NCBI GenBank assembly: GCA_964255285.1
Contig: CAXUUL010000070.1
Coordinates: 1-37,980 of the forward strand
DNA length: 37,980 nt
Direction: 5' to 3'
Origin: Ionaspis alba
Taxonomy: Eukaryota
The translations under genes and the position numbers were made by a program. The notes under the pieces were generated by a model. The model made no database searches. It saw only the letters and a list, made by a program, of their open reading frames with translations, and was not told where the DNA came from. Of this stretch, positions 12,301-21,779 are shown in pieces (within the stretch, counting starts at the first letter, position 1; every line of letters starts with the position of its first letter).

Positions 12301-13977
12301 ACTGCAGAGGAGAGAGCGGCCTTCATCAAGCAGCAGGCAGAGCAACGAATGGCCGAACGTCTTGCCGCTCTCGGGCTAAAACCGCCTACAAAGACTGGAG
12401 AGACCGCAAAGCAGAAGCAAGAGCGAGAGGAGACGGAGCGCGACGAGCGTATGCGCCAGGCGGAGGCAGAAGATGCCAAACGAGATCGAGAAAGAAATCG
12501 TCGGCTTGCCAGTGAACAAAATTCACCTCCACGCGAGGTACCCACAAATCCCAAAAAACCTCCACCTCCCCCTTCACGGAAGCAAAGGGCAACTAGTATT
12601 GGCCAGAAGCCAGAGGTACAGCGTTCGGACAATGAAGAAATTTTGCGGTCGAAGCCTGAGCAGCAAGGTAAAGAACAAACAATCAAGGTCCAACAAAATA
12701 TAGAGGAAGCGGAAATCAAAGGATTGGAGTACGTTATCATTCTAGTTATGTCTTACATGCAAAACGTGCTAACTCTGTCGTCAAGGGACAAGGCGGAACG
12801 CCAGGAAAAGGACCTGGCAAAAGAGCGCGATGCAGCTCAAACACGTCTGAAAGCTTTGGAGGAGCAGGTTCAAGCACGTAAGGTTGGCAAACTGGAAGAA
12901 AAGCGGAAGCGACAAGCAGCGGAGAAGGAAGCGAAAGAGAAACAGGCAAAATTGGCAGCACAACGTGCTGAACTTGAGGCTGCTAAGGAGAGAGAACGAC
13001 AGCTCCAGCTCGAGCTTGAAGGACTCGCAGAGCCATCCTCGGACGATGATGATCCTATGGAGAGGACCCCTCAGGATACCACGCCTACAAGTAGTCAGAT
13101 TCTGTCCATAGGAACCCCATCCACGATCCCCTCATTTCCTGTTGCGCCTCCAGTGCCTCCCACCTTGCAGAGAAAAACGGGTTCAAGCCCTACACGAGCA
13201 ACAGCATCCATGGCCCCGCAATTGTCAATGTACAGCAGCGAAACCAAGAATCCATTTTTCAAGAAACTGAGCCAGTCTAATGAATCGAGCTCGCAACCGA
13301 CGCCTCAGCCTACACCATCCATTACGTCTCCGAGCCCGAACGAGATCTCCACCAACCCGTTCCACCGTTTGACTCAGCAGGAGAATGCCGCTAGGTCGTC
13401 GCCCCTTCCGTCGTCAATACCGGCTGGGAGTCGACCGTCACGAGTGCGGCCAGAGGATGACGACTGGTCAGTGGTCGAATCGACCGAGGATTCTTCCGAT
13501 GACGCCGAGAGCGACGACAAGCCTACCGGTGGGAGTGCTAAGCAGCTTGCATCGATGCTCTTTGGGACAATGGCGCCACCACGTCCACTCTCGGCGATGG
13601 ATGAGAAAAAATCACCAACCACGCCTAGTGTAGATCATGCATCGAGTCCCGCAGCTTATTCGGCTGGACCGATTTTCGCACACGGAGAGCCGCCAGATTC
13701 CTTTGAACCACCGGCCGAGGCACCTCCCTTGCCTCTGCCCATGCCAGGCTCCTTGGGGCCGCCACCGGGTGCGCCACCACCTCCACCTATGCCCGGATCT
13801 TCGAGTGGTGGAGCCGCGCCTGTTGCGCCACCACCACCACCACAGACAGGCGCGGCCAGTGCGGTCCCATCTACGGTTGGCGCTTTGCTGGGGGAGATTG
13901 TGAAGGGCAAGGGCCTAAAGAAAGTGGAGACCAAGGACAGGAGCCAGTCCAGTGTTGCGGGAAGGGTCTTAAACTAG
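9334..13977 (+). CDS. PAN1: Actin cytoskeleton-regulatory complex protein Pan1 (EH-domain endocytic scaffold)
   Basis: QxTG repeats, EH1 ([25 protein letters not shown]...[24 protein letters not shown]), EH2 ([12 protein letters not shown]...[11 protein letters not shown]), coiled coil, NPF motifs, acidic DDDWS, polyproline and C-terminal WH2 ([21 protein letters not shown]). Introns 9854-9905 (GC-AG), 9970-10019, 12081-12128 and 12729-12785. Confidence 0.95.
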
Positions 13978-14324
13978 CGTTCGGCCGTCGTAGCGAATTC
14001 GTGCTGTAGGAGGTTTGACGGCTGAGGCTGTCGTAACACGGATACATAGCTGGCTGCGGTCGATAGGAACAAGCACTGAGAATTAATGGGACTGCCGATG
14101 CTGATTGAATTCTGCCGGCCGTGCTACTTTGGTTGAGACACCTTCTAGATTGCATCCATTCTTGTGAAGCTACCCAGTCTGCATTCACATAACGAAGTGA
14201 CATCTTCCCGCCTTGATGGCATCGGGTAAGGTAACAACACAATAAGACCGCGTCCAAGTTGGAAGGCCCGTTTCGTTCATGCCATTCAACAAAGAGTTCA
14301 TTGCCTTAATGCACCATACGATGA

Positions 14325-15323
14325 TTACTTGTCCACGCCATTGGTACCCTCCCCAGCCATTTTCCGCAGCTCCCATTCCTTGGTGAATTCGCGACTAAGA
14401 GTGCCGAGGTCGTTGACGAGATCGCGGCATGCTTGAACCAGAGCAGCACGAGGGGTGATATCGCCCGAGGTTTGAACTCTCAACTCAAACTTACTGTCCA
14501 TGGTATGAGAACTTGACGCATCTCTGGTAGAGCCGGAAAAGCAGGATTTTCATCGAGTGGGGCAAGCGGAGTACAGACTAACCTGAAAAGCGGATGAGGG
14601 ACTCGGTAACCGGCGAAGGTGACATGGTGGGATTGAAGGAGGCGGGCTCGGAGCAGGTTGCCAAGAGTGTGATCTTCCTTGTTAAAGGTGAAAAGAGACG
14701 AGGAGGGGATACCTGGCCGAGAGATTGGTCGTCAGATTCCGTTGAACAACAGGACGACAAGACTCACGAGTGTCGGCGGTCTCGGTGACCTTCTTTTCCC
14801 CGTCGCCAAGGAGGAAGAGCTCGAATCTGGACTGAACGTTATCTTCGGCTGAGATCCTCATGGTGTACGACAACTGGAGAGATGGAATCGGGGTCGACGT
14901 GATTTGCGAAAGGAAGGTTTGGGAAGGAAATTGGAGGTCAATTCAACTAGAGAAAATGATTCTGGTCGCCTTCGGAGCAATAGATCGTGAACAAACAGAT
15001 CTTGGTCAACCATTTTGAAGAGCCTAACCACCATCATGCAACTACAGAAAGAACGCGGCCGAGAAAGCTACTGATGTGGTGTTCCAAGCCGCGTCGACGC
15101 AAGTGAGACTCTACTGCGATGGTTCGGATGAACTACAGATCTCGACTGAGGCAAACTTCGAAACATATCCAAAATCTACCTTGGGCTCGGCAACAATATG
15201 GCGATGTGGTAGTGGTAAGTGAAAGCACCATATAACAAAGTTGCAGGATCGGCAGCGGCATATGCAATTGTGAACCAAAACATATAGTGAAGCTCTGGCC
15301 ACTGACCTGTCGGGAGCATTCAT
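14325..15323 (-). CDS. RPB11: RNA polymerase II subunit Rpb11 (~124 aa)
   Basis: Spliced product [113 protein letters not shown]. Exons 15323-15307, 14826-14768, 14712-14583, 14493-14325. Introns are 480, 55 and 89 nt. Confidence 0.95.
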
Positions 15324-15694
15324 ACTGCTAGGCCAGGCAGAAAGTGCTGGCAGTGTCTGAGCAGGATGGCGGGCGGGGGTTCAAGAACTTGAGGGTAATA
15401 TAATGATCATGGCATATAATTGATAGTCGTATACCAGATGCTTGGGTCAGAGCAGGAAGAGAGTGGAGCAAGCGGACGACTAAAATGAACGTAGAAGGCA
15501 AAAGAACGATGAGTTCTAGGATAGGTTGGGGAAGAAAAAGCCAAAAATGGGTGAAGTAGCAGATGCGACGTCGAGTGGTAGACTTGGCTGTGGACCAGCC
15601 GGGGCGGGAGGAATGAATATCCGCTCACGTGGCTTGGCCTCCCTTCTGCCCTCGGTCGGCCATCCCATTATTCCACCACGAACTGCCAGAGGAA

Positions 15695-15763
15695 GGCAGG
15701 GGAAGACAAGACAGGGGAAGACAAGACAAGGCGAGACAAGACAAAGCGAGGCCATGCAAGGCC
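15695..15763. repeat. Degenerate purine-rich tandem repeat, ~4 copies of a 15-mer built from GACAA/GGCAA pentamers
   Basis: Units ggcaggggaagacaa, gacaggggaagacaa, gacaaggcgagacaa and gacaaagcgaggcca are directly visible. Confidence 0.8.
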
Positions 15764-17077
15764 AGCGTGACGTTGGCTGCGCGTACTTCGCTAGTACGCA
15801 CACTCCGACTGACAGGGTGGATGCAGAGAAGACGTGCATGGAGACACTCTACCAAGTACGGAGATGTCGCCTCTCTATGATCCCACCACGCTCCTTTCGC
15901 TCTCTGCCTCCATCGATTCCTGCCTGCATGTATGGCACATGGATGTATACGTGCCTGACAGGCTTGCAGTGCCAGCGCTCCACTGAAGCACAGGAAATGT
16001 GCATGAGTCTCCCCACCCCTTCTCTGGCCCCACTCCTCCACAGTGCGGACGAAGGGTTGATGGGCATGTCTGTACCACTCCAACTCCTATGTGCTGTCCT
16101 ATCTGCTGTGCACTGCAGGTTGGCATCAGGTGCTCGAACGCCCACTTTATTCGATGCAGGGACCGGTCACATCGACCCTCAGACAATGGTCCATAATCTA
16201 TTCTTCTATTAACCTCTTCCCCCACCTCACAGCTCCCCTCGAAAGCAGATGCGCTTTTCCCTCAAACTTAACAACGTCTATCCGCAATCTGCTTCCAGGT
16301 TTACGCATCGTGCTTCTATTATTTACCGTTGTCACTTACCTCGACCTCGACTCCCCCACACATGGACAGTCTCTGTTCTTCTCTTGCGATGCGCTCGAAT
16401 GGGAAGTGGAAGACGGTGCCTCGATCTTGCTTCCCCTTCAGGTCCTGTGTAAGATCGAGGTCAAAAGTCACCGGTGCGGGTGGCTTGTAAGATCTAGATG
16501 TGGTAACCTCTATTGTGCTTCCATATTTGATCCTCGCCTTCGCAGCGTCGGTCTTTTCCCGAGAAAGAGGAGCTCGGTCGCCCCGTCATCAAAGAAATCG
16601 TCAGCACCATAGATTGTCTAAAGTTGTGATCCATGCCAAAGGAGATCCCATCTTCGTCAATGCTTTCCGTTTTTCGAAACCTCTACCCTAGTCTACTGCG
16701 CATATTGCTTTGTCTCCACACCAGGGGGTCTGCCCTGAGGTGACCGAGTTCAGCCCATGCCTGGCAGATGATGACCAGCATAAAATCTTGAGCAATGGAA
16801 TATTCCACGAACTGCGATCCTAGCAGATTTATGCTCGACACTGGAGGTGGCCTCTGCATTCGGAGCGCACAAGTGCTGTCACCCCGAACTCAGTACATGC
16901 TCACTAAAAGTACATCCCAGATAAATCCTCTTCACTCTGTCTCTGCACGATTTCCATTCATTCACTGTCATAACTAATCCTGGCTGTTCCTCAAAATTCT
17001 TGCTAATATAACACCGTTGTTGCAATCCCTGGCCCGTGTGAGCACCACTTCGTGCTCTTGCATCGTCTCAATTTCTC

Positions 17078-18703
17078 ATGATAGGATTTCTCATCATGTT
17101 TGTCTCCCCAGCCATCATGTTAGCAATAGAGCTTTTCCTGTTTGCCACACGGGTCACAGCTGCCAGAACTCCTGGTAGCTTCACCGTCATAGGATTCGGC
17201 AACCCCGTCGTAGTTGGACGTGAGGACCCAATCGTCAGTCCAGGCAGAGTTTCGGGCCATGTTCATACCGTCATGGGAGGCAATGCATTTGCTCCTGCTA
17301 TGTCTGACGATCAAGCCCTACGCCAATCGACTTGCACGACAAGCCAAGTCAAGAACGATCGCAGCAATTACTGGGTGCCGAGTCTATACTTTCACGCCTC
17401 CAATGGAACTTTTACTCCTGTCCAGGCAACACAATTTAACGTCTACTATGTGTATGTATGCGAGTGAACTTCTGCTGCCAAAATGTCAGTAACAAATCCC
17501 CTTTCAGCTTCGAACGATCAGACGATGAGATGGTTTCATTTGAACCAGGCCTCCGCATCGTGGTTGGTGATCCATTTCTCCGAACAAAACCCCAGAATGC
17601 TGGCTATAACATCGATCCTGCGAAGGGACCAATCCAGCCAATTCAGATCACTTGTCCAGGCTCAGGAGCATATGTTTCGCAAAATTCGGGTTCGGCAGAC
17701 TCTGGAGTTGGATTCCCGGATAGAGACTGCAATGTTCAAGGGACAGGATTACGTTACGACATCTATTTCCCGTCCTGCTACAACCCCGCAATCCCGCTGG
17801 CAGATTACAAGAACAACATGCAGTACTCCTCTAGCCAAGGCGCATCCTCTGGAAGCAAGAATTGTCCCCCGGGCTGGAAACACCACCCTCAATTGCACCT
17901 GGAGATTTACTGGAATGTACACGCTTTCGCTGATGAGTGGACCGAAGGGACAGAATCAAGTCCTTGGGTTCTGGCACAAGGCGACCCCACAGGCTATGGA
18001 CTGCATGGCGACTTTGTAAGTGGGTTCCTCGAGATACGGATATATTTCGGCTCTAGTGCATGAACTGATCGCTATATAGCTCAGCGGGTGGGATGTCTAT
18101 ACACTATCTACCTTGATTAAATCGTGCAATTCTGGAGACGCACGAGTCGACCGGTGTCCGTCTGTGCCTGGTGGCATCAATAGCAACATCGAGATGAATA
18201 CGTGCTCCATGGCCCCATCCGTGAAAGAACCTATCTGGGGTCTCCTTGACCGCTTACCAGGATGTAACGGGATCCAGAATCCGCCGGGCCCTGCCGTGCA
18301 GCAGGCTTCTTGTGGCGCTGTAACTGCCTTGAGCCAGCCGATAACTCAATTTACGGACGTAACAACCGAAAAGGGCTGGAAATACGTTGGCTGCTTCACG
18401 GACATGATCAATGGCCAACGTGTTCTGAGCAAAGCCAGCCAGAATGCCTACACCTCCACCATTGTTCCTGTCACGGTCGAGTCGTGCATCGACTTCTGTA
18501 GTCTCCGTGGCTACTCGATGGCTGGACTGGAAGATGGCATGCAATGCTGGTGTGATAACTCCATGAATACTGCCAATGGTAATGGAGGCTCCTCTGGGCT
18601 GTGTAATCTTCCATGCCGGTCAAACCCTAAGCAGATCTGCGGCGGTGCTCTGGGTTCCATGGGTGTCATTTCTGTTTATCAAAGATGTGACGGTTCTTGC
18701 TAA
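17078..18703 (+). CDS. Secreted DUF1996 + WSC domain protein
   Basis: Hydrophobic N-terminus. DUF1996 motifs REDPIVSPGRVSGHVHTVMGG, STCTTSQVKNDRSNYWVPSLY, IYFPSCY and GDPTGYGLHGDFLSGWD. C-terminal WSC domain WKYVGCFTD...TVESCIDFC...AGLEDGMQCWCDN...CNLPC...QICGG. Introns 17452-17507 and 18016-18079. The start could be a downstream Met (e.g. 17117). Confidence 0.9.
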
Positions 18704-19188
18704 AATGAGGGGTCCTCATCAATGTCTACCGGTCTGCGACACTGCGGAAGCTGGACCATGTTTTTTTGTCCTTGATCTCTAGTCTACGTCAAATACGATC
18801 AGGGGGCGAAAGTATAGGCATCGAAGGTAGCATGATGCCGAAAGTTATTCGTAGATTGTGGTCTTTTATTCCTTCGAGTAGGGCGGGGAGTCGTTGACGA
18901 GGTCGGATGAGGGTTGGAGTATGGAATAGCACGCAATCTCGCAATTGGAAATACTACATATTTTCTCCATTTCATCGTGCGGGACTCATCAACCACAATC
19001 CTTTGTCTCAACCAGGATGCTGGTCATCAAACAGTACATTCGATCTGCATAGTCATCCACTTATGGTCTCAAGCATCAAGGGTTCCCATTCACATCAAAT
19101 TGCTATGGTAGGATGCTGTGCCCTAGCGCTCTCTCACCCTGATCCCTCTTCTCCGCCCTGAGGCACGTTAGAAAAGCTCAGCCAGTCC

Positions 19189-20283
19189 TTAAGTTACAAT
19201 TGCGGTCTGCATGGGCAATCGCTCTAATTTGAAGCTGTAGACCCCGAACCCCCCTGTGCCTGTCATTTCCCAGACCTCCGTGACCTTGTACAAGCCATCG
19301 TAGCGGTAACCCTTAACGGGAGCCCCACGCCAGCAGCAGTTTGAGCCGCGGACAACCCTCACTGGTTTTCCAGTGGCACATGATACCAGTAGAGCCGCGT
19401 TGCCTTTGCTGAGAACCTGATCACAAACCCCTGAGGCTTGATCTTGCATTAGTCGTGCACTATAAAACACAGCCGCAAAACTGTCTTACGCTCATCCATT
19501 GTTGGCTTGGCCTTACACTTCGAATTTCCTGATGCTCTTCCACCTTCTCCGGTGTAGAACAAGCTATGGCCGTCACCGTCATCCTTATTATCCTGGTAGA
19601 CGCCCGACACGACGATTGAGTAGGCCCCGATGCCGAATTCCCCCAAAATGCCGTTCATGTAACCCCGGTGCACACACATCTGGTGGATGTCTACTCTGGT
19701 GTTGAACTTGTGCCCAACTGCAACGCCCTCGACGTGTCCGAACTGCTTGGCGCGCACCAAATCAGACCTTTTCACAGTAATAGGAGCCTTGTCAGACAAA
19801 TCGATAGACTTGACGAGATTGAAGGGGTCAAATACACCATAGGCGTCATGGCTGAACAAGAGGACTTTGTCTTTCCCTGCTGGTCGGTCGATGCCGCAGG
19901 TCAATTCATGGGTTGCCCTCATCAGCGTTAGGCAAGGCTCGACGACGCTTGGTATTACGTTGGCACTTCCGTTCAGGGCTTGTGTAGTCGCTGCTGGATT
20001 TAAACGTCTCGATTTTCTTTGCTGAATACCGATGGGGCAGGATAGTTTTCTTTTCGTACGAGGCTCCACGGAGGGCATTGGAGCAGATCTGGTCGCATCG
20101 GGTGGGCCATCTCTTGGAGCGAGCAACTCAAGGTCGTGAAGTACAATCAGACGCAGAGCAACATTATCAAGCCTATTGTATTCGCGTAAGTCCTTCGAGC
20201 GCAACTATTGGCTCTAAACGGAAATTTACGTACCGTCCTTGCTCGTACTCGGAGATGCTCATATCGGAAGCGAACTGGTCCAT
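19189..20283 (-). CDS. Stand-alone SRA/YDG (methylcytosine-binding) domain protein, ~324 aa
   Basis: SRA motifs FGHVEGVAVG, VHRGYMNGI, AYSIVVSGVYQD, LFYTGEGG, DQVLSKGNAAL, PVRVVRG, APVKGYRYDGLYKV and FKLERL. Exons 20283-20234, 20172-19490, 19430-19189. Introns 20173-20233 and 19431-19489 are GT-AG and frame-consistent; the second intron has alternative same-phase sites. Confidence 0.88.
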
Positions 20284-20881
20284 CGGAGCAAGTACCGAGC
20301 ATGAGAAATGAGAAGCTTCGAAGAGAAAGAGTAAGTAATAGATGAAGAAAGCTATGCAAAGAACGAACAGGTTGCTCGTCTAGCAAGTGCTGAGACTATT
20401 TGGCGTTCTCTTCTCTGTCATTGTGCCACACGTAGTAGAAGGGGACTGTGAGGTCCTATCAGCCCAACGCACGGACCACCTACGATACAGGGCAATTATC
20501 AAGAAGAACAACCGATATTGTCCTTGAGCAACGACCATCAGAAGTCGATGTACCTTTATTAAAACCACTCATATTTCAGCCAATCAACGAATCCTTGCCC
20601 AGACCAAGGCATCGAACTCTTGTCCTTAGTCCATGTACTGCTCCTAAGGCTGCCCATGCTGCAATTGCGTGTTGCCAGCCGAGATCGTCCAAATCAAGGA
20701 GGATCGCGAATCAAACCCAGAAACATATTGATGAATGCCTGTACTTGCAACATTATGCTCAGCACCAATGTTAACATGCCGGCAACGTCAAAGTGCTGCG
20801 CTCATGTCAATGCGGCCCGATATGAACGACGAAGCCCCCAATGCTACGACAGCAACGACCCCAGCAACGTCTGATATGTAC

Positions 20882-21428
20882 TCATGGTGTATTAATGGAA
20901 GGTCCGCCCCCCCCGGGGATGAGCTGCATAAGTCAGTGGAGGGACGAAAATCGTTGACTGGTACGAGATAGCGATACCATGCAGATGTTGTTGCCGTTGA
21001 GAAGAATTCTCGCTAGCTTGGTCTGGGAGCCAGAATAATCACTGTGCGAGAAGGGAGTAAGTTCCTGCATCATAGAAGATGTTACACAAATATACTAACA
21101 ATTCCGTCACATTCTCCAGGACCATGTCTAGGTGCACAATCAACACGAGAAAATATTCAGGAGATAGTGAAGCACTTACTAACGTAGTCATCAAAGCCCA
21201 ATAGAGTCCCGGCAAATTCTGGAGTAAAGAGCTTGATCAGCGAGAGCCCCGAGCATTAGGGAATATATGGAGATGCCACCTTTATCACCTTTCATAATCA
21301 CCCAGATCCGGGAACCAACGCATTTGTCTATCAGCTCTATCGATAAAGGGATTAGAGAATTGCAGCTGTGATGTGGCCCTAAGAGTTGGGAAGAAAAGCT
21401 TACCGAGAGGAAGTAGTTGTGATGCCAT
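20882..21428 (-). CDS. LSM5: U6 snRNA-associated Sm-like protein Lsm5 (84 aa, 6 exons)
   Basis: Spliced product [76 protein letters not shown]. Introns 21337-21403, 21219-21279, 21128-21179, 21042-21099 and 20924-20977. Exons sum to 255 nt. Confidence 0.96.
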
Positions 21429-21779
21429 CTTTGAGGTGGACTGCTTCAGATTGTTTGTTTGCAGACTGAATGATTTCAATAAGTTCTCTTGTCTTGAACT
21501 GTCCTTTGTTCAAAGAATATCTGTTCTTCCACGGACCAAATCGAGTTTGCGTGAATGGTTCAAAGAAGTCACATAGAGTGCAGAAGAGTATTCTGAGGAG
21601 TTGACGTTGATGATTTGCGCGGCCCGTCTATTTCTCCTTCTCCTAAAAGGTCACACTTCGCAAGGTCGCCCTATGACAGGGCGTAGTGCCGGGGGATTCT
21701 CCAAGGAATCGAGATTCGGACCTATCATTTTAACCGCCATGCGATGGGGGATTAGACGTCATGGAGGCGGGAGCTTGCT
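21429..21779. promoter_or_regulatory. Short bidirectional promoter region between LSM5 and the exonuclease gene
   Basis: The two start codons are head-to-head with 351 bp between them. Confidence 0.5.

Noticed and set aside
14827..15306. Box C/D snoRNA hosted in the long RPB11 intron
   Set aside because: Only an imperfect ATGATGG is present and I found no CTGA box D on the transcribed strand. An H/ACA RNA cannot be excluded by eye.
15526..16612. ORFs of 228 aa and 173 aa as real genes
   Set aside because: No recognisable domain. The repeat-like peptide simply reflects the DNA tandem repeat, and many overlapping ORFs occur in all frames.
15324..17077. Telomerase RNA in the long intergenic region
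   Set aside because: No TAACCCTAA-type template was seen on either strand.
20480..20572. Additional upstream coding exon for the SRA gene (ATG 20572, intron 20480-20553)
   Set aside because: The spliced frame stops after 26 codons. At most it is a UTR intron or uORF, and it may belong to the LSM5 3' region.
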